DNA from: Pseudomonadota bacterium
Lineage (GTDB): Bacteria > Pseudomonadota > Gammaproteobacteria > Pseudomonadales > JADFDG01
Assembly: GCA_049324475.1 (NCBI GenBank)
Contig: JBMOOO010000011.1
Location: forward strand, 232,846-296,845
Reading direction: 5' to 3'
DNA length: 64,000 nt
Position 1 is the first letter of the stretch, and each line of letters starts with the position of its first letter. Positions 23,010-33,705 of this stretch are shown piece after piece. The notes under the pieces are model-generated. The model was given only the letters and a program-made list of their open reading frames with translations, did no database searches and was not told the DNA's origin. The position numbers and the translations under genes are program-made.

Positions 23010-24689
23010 ATGGAAAGTTTTGCCGAACTCTTTGAAAAGAGCGTCAAGGGTCTTGACGTCGATCGTGGCGCTGTCGTCACGGGCATTGTTGTCGCTGTCG
23101 ACAGCGACTGGGTGATCGTCAACGCCGGCCTGAAGTCCGAAGGCGTCATCCCGAAACAGGAATTCCTCACCGAACGCGGTGATTTCGACGTACGTGTCGG
23201 TGATGAAGTCACCGTCGTCGTCGACGCGATCGACGACGGCATGGGTTACACCCGCCTGTCGCGCGAAAAAGCCAAGCGTGCCGAAGCGTGGATCAAGCTG
23301 GAGAAGCTGTTCACCGACAACGCCACCGTGCGCGGCATTATCAACGGCAAGGTCAAGGGCGGCTTCACCGTCGACATCGAATCGATCCGCGCGTTCCTGC
23401 CGGGTTCGCTGGTCGATGTCCGCCCGGTGCGTGACACCGCGCACCTGGAAGGCAAGGAGCTGGAATTCAAGGTCATCAAGCTGGACGCCAAGCGGAACAA
23501 CGTCGTTGTTTCCCGTCGTGCCGTGATGGAAGCCGAGAACAGCGCCGAGCGCCAGGAACTGCTGTCGCAGCTCCAGGAAGGCATGGAAGTCAAAGGTATC
23601 GTCAAGAACCTCACCGACTACGGCGCCTTCGTGGACCTCGGCGGTATCGACGGCCTGCTGCACATCACCGACATGTCCTGGAAGCGCATCAAGCATCCGA
23701 GCGAGATCGTCGAAGTCGGCCAGGAAATCCAGGTCAAGGTCCTCAAGTTCGATCGCGAGAAGAACCGCGTATCGCTGGGCCTCAAGCAGCTGGGTGAAGA
23801 CCCGTGGCACGCGATCGTCGGCCGCTACCCGGTCGGCACCAAGGTCAAGGCACGCGTCACCAACCTCACCGACTACGGCTGCTTCGCCGAGCTGGAGCCG
23901 GGTATCGAAGGTCTGGTGCACGTCTCCGAGATGGACTGGACCAACAAGAACATCCACCCGTCCAAGGTCGTCAGCATCGGCGACGAGGTCGAGGTGATGA
24001 TCCTGGACATCGACCAGGATCGTCGTCGCATTTCCCTGGGTATCAAGCAGTGCAAGAAGAATCCCTGGGAGTCCTTCGCCGACAAGTTCAAGAAGGGCGA
24101 CCGGATCCGCGGTACGGTCAAGTCGATCACCGATTTCGGCGTGTTCATTGGTCTGGAAGGCGGCATCGACGGCCTGGTCCACCTGTCCGACATCTCCTGG
24201 GACGAGCCGGGTGAGGAAGCGGTCCGCAAGTACAGCAAGGGCCAGGAAGTGGATACCACGGTCCTGTCCATCGACGCCGAGCACGGCCGGATCTCCCTGG
24301 GTATCAAGCAACTGGCCCAGGACCCGTACGCGGACTATGTTGCTGTCAATGAAAAAGGCAGTATAGTCAAAGGCGTAGTGAAGGAAGTTGACGCAAAAGG
24401 TGCGGTTGTGACCCTGGCGGAGAACGTCGAGGGCTACATCAAGGTGTCGGAACTCAGCCGTGACCGCGTGGAAAGCGCGGCCGACGTCCTGAAGGTCGGT
24501 GCCGAGGTCGAGGCCAAGATCATTGTCCTGGACCGCAAGAACCGCTCCATTGGCCTGTCCATCAAGGCCAAGGACGTCAGTGAAGAGCGCGAAGCACTCG
24601 AAGGCCTGCGCAACCAGGACAGTGCCGGCGATGGTCCGAAGACCATCGGCGACCTGATCAAGGCGCAGATGGGCAGTCGGGGCGAGTAA
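23010..24689 (+). CDS. rpsA: 30S ribosomal protein S1
   Basis: 'MESFAELFE' N-terminus and six S1 repeats ('[19 protein letters not shown]' and similar). Confidence 0.97.
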   Translation: MESFAELFEKSVKGLDVDRGAVVTGIVVAVDSDWVIVNAGLKSEGVIPKQEFLTERGDFDVRVGDEVTVVVDAIDDGMGYTRLSREKAKRAEAWIKLEKLFTDNATVRGIINGKVKGGFTVDIESIRAFLPGSLVDVRPVRDTAHLEGKELEFKVIKLDAKRNNVVVSRRAVMEAENSAERQELLSQLQEGMEVKGIVKNLTDYGAFVDLGGIDGLLHITDMSWKRIKHPSEIVEVGQEIQVKVLKFDREKNRVSLGLKQLGEDPWHAIVGRYPVGTKVKARVTNLTDYGCFAELEPGIEGLVHVSEMDWTNKNIHPSKVVSIGDEVEVMILDIDQDRRRISLGIKQCKKNPWESFADKFKKGDRIRGTVKSITDFGVFIGLEGGIDGLVHLSDISWDEPGEEAVRKYSKGQEVDTTVLSIDAEHGRISLGIKQLAQDPYADYVAVNEKGSIVKGVVKEVDAKGAVVTLAENVEGYIKVSELSRDRVESAADVLKVGAEVEAKIIVLDRKNRSIGLSIKAKDVSEEREALEGLRNQDSAGDGPKTIGDLIKAQMGSRGE

Positions 24690-24705
24690 CGCGCCAGCAG
24701 GAAGC

Positions 24706-24736
24706 GGGCCGGCCCGGGTTCGGGCCGGCCCATTTT
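24706..24736 (+). terminator. rho-independent terminator/attenuator after rpsA
   Basis: GGGCCGGCCCG-ggtt-CGGGCCGGCCC followed by ATTTT. Confidence 0.6.
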
Positions 24737-24788
24737 GCAGCGGGTGTCGGAGCGGGGGTTCGTCGTGGAACACGATGGCAACGGATCC

Positions 24789-25139
24789 ATGACCAAGTCG
24801 GAGCTGATCGAGCGCATTGCCGCCCGTCAGACCCAGTTGTCGATCAAGGACGTCGAGCTCGCGGTCAAGACCATCCTCGAAGACATGTCGGAAATGCTCG
24901 CCAACGGCGGGCGCATCGAGATTCGCGGTTTCGGCAGCTTCTCGCTGCATTTCCGTGCGCCGCGTACCGGCCGCAATCCCAAGACCGGTGAATCGGTCGA
25001 CCTGCAGGGCAAGTACGTGCCGCACTTCAAGCCCGGCAAGGAACTGCGGGACCGGGTCAACGAAAGCCTCCAGGACGAAATCGCCCGCAACGGTGGTGTG
25101 TTCGTGCCGCGCGCCGCGGCCGGCGGCAGCGCCGACTGA
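24789..25139 (+). CDS. ihfB: integration host factor subunit beta
   Basis: ATG 24789 ([11 protein letters not shown]). '[23 protein letters not shown]' HU/IHF arm. Carries a roughly 20-aa C-terminal extension. Confidence 0.93.
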   Translation: MTKSELIERIAARQTQLSIKDVELAVKTILEDMSEMLANGGRIEIRGFGSFSLHFRAPRTGRNPKTGESVDLQGKYVPHFKPGKELRDRVNESLQDEIARNGGVFVPRAAAGGSAD

Positions 25140-25172
25140 CACCGGCACATCCGGGCCCGAGCGGAGTTCGCC

Positions 25173-25409
25173 GTGAAACGTCTGGCTGGCCTCCTTCTGC
25201 TTCTTGCCTGTGCCGCAGCCTGCGGTTACGGCCTCTACATCAGTTCGGTCAATCGCGAGACCGTGGTCCTGGACCTGCTGTTCTGGCCGCAGTTGCAGCT
25301 GCGGGCCGGGCTGGTGGTTGTGCTCGCATTCGTGGCCGGTGCCCTTGCCGGTTTGCTGGCCGGATGGCTGGCAGGCGCTGCGGGCAAGTCGGGCAGCAGG
25401 CGCTCCTGA
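25173..25409 (+). CDS. lapA: lipopolysaccharide assembly protein LapA (YciS-like)
   Basis: 78 aa with two TM helices. GTG start follows GCGGAG. Immediately precedes lapB. Confidence 0.75.
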   Translation: MKRLAGLLLLLACAAACGYGLYISSVNRETVVLDLLFWPQLQLRAGLVVVLAFVAGALAGLLAGWLAGAAGKSGSRRS

Positions 25410-25410
25410 C

Positions 25411-26409
25411 ATGGGCATGGCCTCGACCATTCTGCTGTTCGTCCTGCTGTTCGTGGCGGTGGCGGCCGGCTGGTATCTCGGTTTTCGCCAGGGACGCCTG
25501 CGCCGTCGTTTCGAAGAGGCGCAGAACATCCGCAGCTACCTGCAGTCGGTCGTGCGTGAAGGCGAGCCCGGTTCCGGCGGGTCTTCGCTGACGGCAGTTG
25601 CCCGCGCCCTGGCCTTTGATGCGGAAAACTTCGAGGCGCACCTGTCGCTGGGTGCATTGTTCCGGCGTCGTGGCGAAACGGGCCGGGCGACCGAGCTGCA
25701 CGAGCGCCTGCGGGATATGCCGGGCATCACCCGCGAGCAGACCGATCATGTCGATTTCGAGCTGGGGCGCGACTATTTCGCGGCCGGCATGCTGGATCGT
25801 GCCGAGCTGCAGTTCCAGGCGCTGGTCGACGGCCAGAGCCAGTTTGCCCAGCAGGCATTGCGCCAGCTGGCCCGTATCTACGAACTGGAACGCGACTGGC
25901 ACAGTGCGCTGACCGTGGCGGAGCGGCTGGCAGCCGTCGAGCCGTCGGTCAGTACCTCTGCCGCGCATTACTGCTGCGAGCTGGCCGAGAAGGAATTACA
26001 GGTCGGTGAGAGCGTGGTGGCACGTCGTCTGCTCCGGCGTGCACTGGATTTTGATGCGGCTTGCGTGCGGGCCCGTATCGACCTGATCGAACTCGATATC
26101 CTGTCCGGCAGCATAGAAGGTGCCATCGCGGCACTGCGTGACCTGTTGGCCGGCAATCCCGGTCTGGCACCGGTAGTACGCGACGTGCTGGCCCGCTGGC
26201 TGGTGCGGCTGCCGGTGCCGGCCGGGCAGCCGTCGCCGTCACCCGAGGCGCTGTTTGCAGCTGCCATGCCGGAAGAGGAACCGCCGGCAGCCGGCGGCGT
26301 CTATAGCTGCACGCAATGCGGTTTTCATTCACGTTCCGTGGTGTGGATGTGCCCGGGCTGCCATGGTTGGGGTACCCTGCGTGCCCGCACGGGAGGCCAT
26401 GCATCATGA
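25411..26409 (+). CDS. lapB: lipopolysaccharide assembly protein LapB (YciM)
   Basis: ATG 25411. N-terminal TM '[17 protein letters not shown]', TPR repeats and a C-terminal rubredoxin-type 'CTQCGF..CPGCHGW'. Confidence 0.9.
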   Translation: MGMASTILLFVLLFVAVAAGWYLGFRQGRLRRRFEEAQNIRSYLQSVVREGEPGSGGSSLTAVARALAFDAENFEAHLSLGALFRRRGETGRATELHERLRDMPGITREQTDHVDFELGRDYFAAGMLDRAELQFQALVDGQSQFAQQALRQLARIYELERDWHSALTVAERLAAVEPSVSTSAAHYCCELAEKELQVGESVVARRLLRRALDFDAACVRARIDLIELDILSGSIEGAIAALRDLLAGNPGLAPVVRDVLARWLVRLPVPAGQPSPSPEALFAAAMPEEEPPAAGGVYSCTQCGFHSRSVVWMCPGCHGWGTLRARTGGHAS

Positions 26410-27125
26410 ACATGCCGCTGGATGAGCGCCGTATCATCGTGGCTCTCGATTTCGACACGGCGCGGGAGGCCGTTGCTGCCGCACGCCGGCTGGACGCACG
26501 CCGTTGCCGGGTCAAGGTTGGCAAGGAACTGTTCACCATCGCCGGTCCGCGGGTGATTGAAGAATTGCACGGGCTTGGCTTCGAGGTTTTTCTCGACCTG
26601 AAATTTCACGATATTCCGAATACCGTGGCCGGTGCCTGCCGTGCTGCGGCCCGCCTGGGCGTCTGGATGGTGAACGTGCATGCCAGCGGTGGCCGGCGCA
26701 TGATGCTGGCCGCCCGGGAAGCGATCGACGCCGGCAGCGGTCGTCGTCCGTTGCTGACCGCGGTCACCGTGCTGACCAGCATGGACCAGGATGATCTGGC
26801 GGACATCGGCATCGAGGTGCCGGTGGAAGACCAGGTGAGTCGCCTGGCGCTGCTGGCCGAGGACTGCGCGCTGGACGGCGTGGTGTGCAGTGCGCGTGAA
26901 GCCGGGCGCCTTTCACAGGAATGCCGGCGCGGATTCCTGTTCGTGACGCCGGGCATCCGGCCGGCCGGGAGTGCCGCCGGTGACCAGCGCCGGGTGGTGA
27001 CGCCGGTCGATGCCCTGCGCAGCGGGGCCACGCATCTGGTGATCGGGCGCCCGATCACGGGTGCTGCCGATCCGGTGGCCATACTCGCCGACATCCACGC
27101 CGGGCTTGCCGATGCGGCCGTCTGA
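26406..27125 (+). CDS. pyrF: orotidine 5'-phosphate decarboxylase
   Basis: 'IVALDF', 'VKVGKELF' and '[11 protein letters not shown]'. ATG 26406 overlaps the lapB stop (ATG 26412 is the alternative). Confidence 0.92.
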   Translation: MNMPLDERRIIVALDFDTAREAVAAARRLDARRCRVKVGKELFTIAGPRVIEELHGLGFEVFLDLKFHDIPNTVAGACRAAARLGVWMVNVHASGGRRMMLAAREAIDAGSGRRPLLTAVTVLTSMDQDDLADIGIEVPVEDQVSRLALLAEDCALDGVVCSAREAGRLSQECRRGFLFVTPGIRPAGSAAGDQRRVVTPVDALRSGATHLVIGRPITGAADPVAILADIHAGLADAAV

Positions 27126-28941
27126 CCCGCCGATACGTTACTGCATCCGGCCGCTTGATCCGGCAGCGCATCTTTTCCGGGTTTCCTGCACGGTATCGAG
27201 CCCGGATCCTGCCGGACAGCGCTTCTGGTTGCCGGTCTGGATTCCCGGCAGTTACATGGTGCGTGAGTTCGCCAGGAACATCGTTGAGCTTTGGGCAGAG
27301 TGCGACGGCCGTATCGTTGCCTGCGAAAAAATCGACAAGACCACCTGGCAATGCGAGCCGGTTTCGGGCCCGCTGACCGTAACCTGCGACGTCTATGCCT
27401 GGGATCTGTCGGTGCGTGCAGCACACCTTGATACCACGCACGGCTATTTCAATGGCACGTCGGTTTTCCTGGCAGTGGCTGGTCGTGAGCGTCATCCCTG
27501 TGAAGTGGAAATCCTGCGGCCGGAAGGTGACGGTTACCGTCGCTGGCAGGTGGCGACGACCCTGCCGCTTGCCGGAGAGACGGCACGGTGGGATTTCGGT
27601 CTGTATCGTGCGGCCGATTACGACGAGCTGATCGATCATCCGGTCGAGATGGGCGAGTTCACCCGCGCACGGTTCCTCGCCTGCGGTGTGTCACATGACG
27701 TGGTGATCACAGGCGTGCATCGTGCCGATACGGATCGCCTTTGCAGCGATCTGGCAAAGATCTGCGAGACCCAGATCCGGCTTTTCGGAGAGCCGGCACC
27801 CATGGATCGCTACCTGTTCCTGATCCAGGTCGTGGGTGAGGGTTACGGCGGGCTGGAACACCGGGCATCGACTTCGCTGCTGGTGGCGCGTGATGACCTG
27901 CCCGCGCTGAACGAAGATCGCAGCAACGTCCGGGACGGTTATCGCCAGTTGCTCGGCCTGTGCAGTCATGAGTACTTCCATACATGGAACGTCAAGCGCA
28001 TCAAGCCGGCTGCTTTTGTTCCCTACGACCTGAAGAATGAAAACCATACCCGGCAGCTGTGGGCGTTCGAAGGTTTCACCTCCTACTACGACGATCTGAT
28101 GCTGGTGCGTTCCGGTGTCATTTCTCCGGCCTCGTTCCTGGAGCTGCTCGGGCAGAACATCACCCGTGTGCTGCGTACGCCGGGCCGGTTCCGGCAAAGT
28201 GTCGCGGACTCCAGCTTCGATGCCTGGACCCGCTTCTATCGCCAGGACGAGAATTCGCCGAATGCCATCGTCAGCTATTACGCCAAGGGGGCGCTGGTTG
28301 GCTTGCTGATGGATCTGCTGCTGCGTCGGGAGACGCAGGGACGTTGTTCCCTGGACGATGTCATGCGCTGTCTGTGGCAGCGCCATGGCCTTTCCGGTTC
28401 CGGTGTGCCCGAGGACGGCATTGAATCCCTGATGGTGGAGCTGGGCGGCGAGAGCCTGCGTGAACCTTTCCAGCAGGCGGTGTACGGGACAGATGACCTG
28501 CCGTTGGCGGATGCGCTGGCCACCCTGGGGGTGAAACTGCATCTGCGTACGGCAGACAGTGCCGCTGACAACGGCGGCAAGGCGGGCAGTGCCGCTGCCC
28601 GGGGGGCACGTGGACGTCCGACGCTGTCGATACGCAGTGCACAGGACGCGCTGGGCGCACGCATCCAGCACTGCCTCGACGGAGGCGCCGCGATGACGGC
28701 AGGGCTGTCCGCCGGAGACGTGATCGTGGCGCTGGACGGACTGCGGGCCACACACGGCAACCTGGACAAGTTGCTGACCGGTCGCCAGCCGGGCGAAGCG
28801 GTCATGATGCATGCCTTCCGGCGGGATGAGCTGCGCGAGTTCCGGGTCGTCCTGGGCGAGGCCCCTCGCGATACCTGTTACCTGTCTTTCGAAGACGACC
28901 CGCCGGCGAAAGCTGCACTGGCCTGGCTGCTGGGCGGCTGA
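27112..28941 (+). CDS. M61-family glycyl aminopeptidase with C-terminal PDZ-like domain
   Basis: ATG 27112. '[14 protein letters not shown]' zinc motif. '[13 protein letters not shown]' is PDZ-like. Overlaps the pyrF 3' end by 14 nt. Confidence 0.85.
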   Translation: MRPSDPPIRYCIRPLDPAAHLFRVSCTVSSPDPAGQRFWLPVWIPGSYMVREFARNIVELWAECDGRIVACEKIDKTTWQCEPVSGPLTVTCDVYAWDLSVRAAHLDTTHGYFNGTSVFLAVAGRERHPCEVEILRPEGDGYRRWQVATTLPLAGETARWDFGLYRAADYDELIDHPVEMGEFTRARFLACGVSHDVVITGVHRADTDRLCSDLAKICETQIRLFGEPAPMDRYLFLIQVVGEGYGGLEHRASTSLLVARDDLPALNEDRSNVRDGYRQLLGLCSHEYFHTWNVKRIKPAAFVPYDLKNENHTRQLWAFEGFTSYYDDLMLVRSGVISPASFLELLGQNITRVLRTPGRFRQSVADSSFDAWTRFYRQDENSPNAIVSYYAKGALVGLLMDLLLRRETQGRCSLDDVMRCLWQRHGLSGSGVPEDGIESLMVELGGESLREPFQQAVYGTDDLPLADALATLGVKLHLRTADSAADNGGKAGSAAARGARGRPTLSIRSAQDALGARIQHCLDGGAAMTAGLSAGDVIVALDGLRATHGNLDKLLTGRQPGEAVMMHAFRRDELREFRVVLGEAPRDTCYLSFEDDPPAKAALAWLLGG

Positions 28942-29787
28942 TCAGCGGTTGAACATCACGCCGATACCGACCCGCGTCGTGCTGTGGTTGTAGTCGATCA
29001 GGCTCTCGCCGTAGCCGTTGAATGCCTCGATGACCCAGAAAAACGAGCGGTCGGGAACCGGCGCACTCAGGCGCAGTTCGAACGCGCCCTTGCCCGAGGA
29101 GAGATTGCCGCGCGTCATCGCGTGCACCATCCACTGGTTGTCGAAGTGATGCAGATACTCCAGCCGGGTCCAGCCGGAGTACTTGTAGTAGTCCGGATTG
29201 TCGTCACCGCCCTGGTCCAGAGGGCTGTTCTTCTCGTTTTCCGGAACCCGGTACCAGGTCTTGAGGTACCAGAGGCTGTGGCCGTCGGCGGAAGGCCGGA
29301 ACGGCGCGAAGTAGAACCGGTTCAGGCTGCGTGAGTCCGGCCAGAACCGGCCATTGGATTCATGTTCGAAACCGGCATCGAAACCCCAGCGGTCCAGGTG
29401 CCAGCGGCGGAACATGTCGTCGCCGGGCAGCCAGCGATAGAAGATTTCCGGGTTGTAGTTGGTTTCCCGGAACGGGGCCGAGGCGGCGTGGTTGTAGGCC
29501 TGCCAGAACGATTTCTGCGTGTAGCCGGCGTACAGGTTGTTGATGAACAGCCGCTGTTTGACGCTCAGCTGATAGATGACCTCCGTGCGGATGCCGTTCC
29601 AGTCCTCGCTCCAGGTGGCCGGCAGGATGTAATTGCTCCTGTGCAGGGACAGGCCGTTGCCGCGCTGGACAGCCGTAAATCCCGGGATGTCCCCCTCGGC
29701 CGGAGCGGCACCGGCGACCGGGGCGAGCAAGCGCTGGGGCGGGGAAGTGCGCGAACTCGGCGTGATGTTCCTGATCTTCCTGCCCAC
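28942..29787 (-). pseudogene. pldA: outer-membrane phospholipase A (OMPLA/PldA) homologue, apparently 5'-truncated with no functional signal peptide
   Basis: 'FEHESNGR' (OMPLA catalytic His/Ser motif), 'NRFY' and 'GYGESLIDYNHSTTRVGIGVMFN' C-terminus. The first 19 or so codons (MGRKIRNITPSSRTSPPQR) are polar and are antisense to the neighbouring gene; only 'LLAPVAGAAPA/EGD' resembles the end of a signal peptide. Confidence 0.5.
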
Positions 29788-31216
29788 ACCCTACGTCGAT
29801 GCCTCGTCGGCCGGTTTCTTCCGTGACAAGCGCCAGCGCATTGCCGTGGGTTTCGCCGGCATGCAGGTGGAGCTGCTGATCGCCGCCTTTGCCGCGTTCA
29901 CCTGGGTGCTGGTCGAGCCGGGCACGGTGCGGGCCATCGCCTACAACCTGATGCTGATCGCCGGCGTTTCCGCCGTGCTGTTCAACGGCAACCCGCTGCT
30001 GCGTTTTGATTCCTACCACATGCTGGCCGACTGGCTGGAAATGCCGAATTTCGGCAACCGCGCCAACCAGTACATCGGTTACCTGCTGCAGAAGCACGTA
30101 CTGAAAATGGAGGCGGAAGATCCGACCCGGTCCCGGCGCGAGGCCTGGTGGCTGGGCGTCTATTCGATCGCATCGTTCGTGTACCGGATGTTCGTCACGT
30201 TCGGCATCGTGATGCTGGTGGCGACGCGCTTCTTCATTTTCGGTGTGCTGCTGGCCTTCCTGGCGTTTGGCAATGCCATTGTCATGCCGGCCTGGCGCAT
30301 GCTGAAGCTGGTGGCCAGCGATCAGCGGTTCTCGGCGGTGCGCAGTCGCGCCTGGGGCACCATGGCCGGCGTGGTGGCTTTCCTCGTGCTGTTTTCCCTG
30401 CTGGTGCCGTTGCCGTCCTACACCGTGACCCAGGGTGTGGTGTGGGTACCGGAGAGCTCGCGGCTGTATGCCGGCAGTGAAGGCACGCTGGTGGAATTCC
30501 TGGCGCCGGGCGACGGTACGGTGGCGGCCGGTGCTCCGGTGATGCGGTTCGACAATCCCGAACTGGAATCGAAAGTGTCCTCGCTGTCGGCCAGGGTTGA
30601 CGAACTGGCCATGCGCTACCGGGAGGCCTCGGCCGAGGATCCGTCGACACTGGCGATCCTGCGCGAGGAATACGAGCGTTCCTATGCCGAGTACGAGGAT
30701 GCCCGGGCACGCCTGGATGCGCTCACGCTGCCGGCTCCCGATGCCGGCCGGCTGGCACTGGAAGACCGCGATGGCCTGCTCGGGCGTTTCCTGCCGCGCG
30801 GTACGGTGGTCGGCTACGTGGTTTCCCGGCGCGATGCGCTGCTGCGGGTGGTCGTGCTGCAGGACGATATCGATCTGGTACGTCACCGCACGAAGCGTGT
30901 TGAAGTCCGGTTTGCCAGCGATCCCGGTGCCGAACTGGATGCGGTCCTGCTGCGCGAGGTGCCGGAGGCATCGCGCCAGCTGCCGAGTGCGGCATTGAGT
31001 CTCGACGGTGGTGGCGAACTGGCGGTGAACCCGATGGCCACCGAGGGTCTGGAAAGTGTCGAGCCCCTGTTCCAGTTCGAGGTGAGTGTGCCGGGCCATG
31101 ACCGCTGGCGGGTCGGCGAACGCGTCTACGTGCGCTTCGTGCATCAGGCCGAGCCGTTGTGGGGCCGCCTGCGCCGGGAGATCCGTCGTGTGTTCCTGCG
31201 GAGGCTGGATGTCTGA
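29633..31216 (+). pseudogene. M50 (site-2 protease family)/HlyD-type fusion protein, 5'-truncated and lacking the HExxH region
   Basis: Recognisable homology starts at 'GGEVRELGVMFLIFLPTPYVDAS' (about 29738). 'NGNPLLRFDSYHMLAD' is the M50 NxxPxxxxD(G/S) zinc-ligand motif. There is no HExxH anywhere in the ORF. The C-terminal half is barrel/coiled-coil HlyD-like. First usable starts are GTG 29762 and ATG 29765. Confidence 0.55.
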
Positions 31217-32885
31217 GCAGCGGCTGCCGGCAGCCTGGTCGCGCGATCTCCGTCCACCGGCCGCGCCGGTGCGCGAACCTGTGGTCCGTCATCCGGTGCT
31301 GGAAGGACTGGCGGCGTTCGACTGGCAGTGGCGGCATCGCAGCGCGCTGAAACGTCTTTCCGCACAGCTTGCGGCCGCCGCCGGTGACACGCAGCCTCTG
31401 GCCGCCGGTGATCTCGACATCGATACCTTGCGCCGGGTTGCCACGGAGCTGGCTGCCGGCAATGTCGCCGGCGTCGAGCCGGCACTGGCACTGCTGCTGG
31501 GCAGCTATGTGGCCTTGCCGGCCGGTGCCGATCGCGAGGCCGTCGTGCTGGCGGCGGCCACGGCCGCGCGTCTGGGTATTTCCGTGCATGTGGGCGGGCT
31601 CGATGCGGCCGTGACGACGGCCATTGCAGAACGCCTGCGGGCGCTGCTGGGCGACACGGTTTTCGTGACCGAGCTGCGTGAGCAGGCGGCACCTGCCTCG
31701 GTGGTTGCCTGGCCGGTCCACGGCATCGTGTGCGGTCCGCTCAACGTGTTTGCCCTTGCCTGGCTGCGGCTCGGCGGTGCGACCCGGGCAGTGACCCGTG
31801 CCGCGGCCGTGCTGGGCGGCGAGGCCGGTGCGGCGTATCCGCAGGCGCCGTTGCTGCTGCTGGTCGACGGTGACCAGCTGCTGCTGGATGTCGTGCGCCA
31901 GCCGCTGCAGATCACCGACGATGCGATCGACGATTCCGTACGCATGGCGCGCGAGGCGCTGCAGCTGGTGGCGGGCTGGCATGCCGGTACGGAATACGAA
32001 GGCGATGCGCCCACGGCCGCTGGCCTGGCGCAGATCGCCGCCGTGCAGCGCGAGCGGGGCGGTGTCTGGTCGGTACCGCGCGTGCGTGATGAGGCCGTGC
32101 GTGCAGCGCTGACCGTGCGCCGCTTCGAGGACGGGCGCGATTACCGGCTGGATGGCGTGCGCGTGCAGTGGCTGGCGGAACATGCACTGGATGACGATTT
32201 CCGGCCGGCCGTGGAGCGCGCGCTGGTGTGCCGGCACGGCAAGGATGCGCGTCGCGTGCGGCGCCGGGTTTCGCTGCTGGATTTTCTCGACGGTTATCCG
32301 CGCCTGGGTGCGGTCGGTGCACAGCTCGACGACGAATGGCGGGATCTCTGGCTGCTGCACGGCATCCCGGTGCTGCAGCCGGCGCCGGCGCCACCGGCAC
32401 TGCAGTGGCAGGAAACGCCGGCCGGCAGTCTGCTGCCGGTGGATGCCGACGCGGGCGGGATACCGGTGTTTGCCGCCAACCGGCGGCTGGTGGAAGAAAA
32501 CGGTGCGTTGCCCGCAGACACCCCGGTGCTGGACCAGGCCGAAGCACGCGCCCGGCTGACGGCCGTGATCGCCGAGGGCGGTCATGCACGGGTGGTGGGC
32601 ATACCGGTGGCGCGCCGGCTCGTGCCGGCGGGGGTTTCCGCTATCATCCTCGCTGCCGATGATCCGGGCATTGCGCCCTGGCTGCGCCGGCTGGCCCTGA
32701 AGGTGCTGCGTTTCGGCCGGCCGGGTCGTGCGGTGGCACAACGGCTGGCGGACATTGCCGTCTGGCAGGTTCGCCGGCAGCGCTACCAGCTGCGTGCGCA
32801 ACTGGCGCGGCGCCGCGATCAGGAGCGACGCACCTGGGCGTTTGCCGCCGGTGCCGTTGCCAACGAACAGGAAAAGACCCGATGA
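31209..32885 (+). CDS. SecA-like protein with degenerate ATPase motifs
   Basis: ATG 31209 overlaps the upstream stop. 'LLLLVDGDQLLLDVVRQPLQITDD' aligns by eye to SecA '[22 protein letters not shown]'. 'GISVHVGGLD' aligns to 'GKGVHVVTVND'. The Walker A position reads 'AGADREAV'. Confidence 0.55.
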   Translation: MSEQRLPAAWSRDLRPPAAPVREPVVRHPVLEGLAAFDWQWRHRSALKRLSAQLAAAAGDTQPLAAGDLDIDTLRRVATELAAGNVAGVEPALALLLGSYVALPAGADREAVVLAAATAARLGISVHVGGLDAAVTTAIAERLRALLGDTVFVTELREQAAPASVVAWPVHGIVCGPLNVFALAWLRLGGATRAVTRAAAVLGGEAGAAYPQAPLLLLVDGDQLLLDVVRQPLQITDDAIDDSVRMAREALQLVAGWHAGTEYEGDAPTAAGLAQIAAVQRERGGVWSVPRVRDEAVRAALTVRRFEDGRDYRLDGVRVQWLAEHALDDDFRPAVERALVCRHGKDARRVRRRVSLLDFLDGYPRLGAVGAQLDDEWRDLWLLHGIPVLQPAPAPPALQWQETPAGSLLPVDADAGGIPVFAANRRLVEENGALPADTPVLDQAEARARLTAVIAEGGHARVVGIPVARRLVPAGVSAIILAADDPGIAPWLRRLALKVLRFGRPGRAVAQRLADIAVWQVRRQRYQLRAQLARRRDQERRTWAFAAGAVANEQEKTR

Positions 32886-33697
32886 AGTTGCTCCGCGCGT
32901 CTGCCGTGCTCCTCCTGGCGCTTGCGCCTGTCGTACCGGTTGCGCAGGCGGCCCAGGCCACCGGGTCGGGCGCACCGAAACCGGTGACGCCGAAACCGTT
33001 GCCGCCATCACGCCTGGGCGGTGATGTCGGCTGGAGCTGTCTGCTGGAACCCAGCAGCCGGGTGGAACTGGCCAGTGAAACCCCGGGCGTGCTCGACGAA
33101 GTGCTGGTCGATCGCGGCGCCAGCGTCCGCAAGGGCGCGAAGCTCGCTTCGCTGCATTCGGGTGTGGAAGAGGCGTCGGTGGCGCTGGCGCGCGCCAAGG
33201 CCGATTTCGGCCAGCGCAAGACCGGCCGCAACGACGAGCTGTTCGCCGAGGAGCTGATCTCGACGCACGAGCGCGACGAGCTGGTGACCGAAGCGAAAGT
33301 TTCGGAAATGGAACTGCGCGAAGCGGAAGAGCGCCTGCGCATGCGGCGCCTGTACAGCCCCATCGACGGCATCGTGGTCGAACGGCACAAATCCGAAGGT
33401 GAGTACGTGGGCAGCGAACCGGTTTTTACGCTGGTGCGCATCGATCCGTTGTACGTGGAAGTGATCGTCCCGGCCTCGCGTTTCGGCAGCATCCGCAAGG
33501 GCATGACCGCCGATGTGCGGCCGGAAGCCCCCGTGGGCGGCAGCTACAAGGCGACGGTGACCATTGTCGACCCCGTCATTGATGCGGCCAGCGGTACGTT
33601 CGGCGTGCGCCTGACCCTGCCCAATGGCGAGCGTCGCCTGCCCGCCGGCCTGAAGTGCGACATCAGCTTCGACAGCGCGGCGCCGGCAGCGAAGTAG
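32882..33697 (+). CDS. small periplasmic membrane-fusion (HlyD/RND adaptor-type) protein
   Basis: Signal peptide 'MKLLRASAVLLLALAPVVPVAQA'. Lipoyl-like hairpins 'GVLDEVLVDRGASVRKGAKLASL' and 'SPIDGIVVERHKSEGEYV'. Coiled-coil in between. ATGA overlap with the upstream gene. Confidence 0.75.
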   Translation: MKLLRASAVLLLALAPVVPVAQAAQATGSGAPKPVTPKPLPPSRLGGDVGWSCLLEPSSRVELASETPGVLDEVLVDRGASVRKGAKLASLHSGVEEASVALARAKADFGQRKTGRNDELFAEELISTHERDELVTEAKVSEMELREAEERLRMRRLYSPIDGIVVERHKSEGEYVGSEPVFTLVRIDPLYVEVIVPASRFGSIRKGMTADVRPEAPVGGSYKATVTIVDPVIDAASGTFGVRLTLPNGERRLPAGLKCDISFDSAAPAAK

Positions 33698-33705
33698 GTG
33701 CAACG

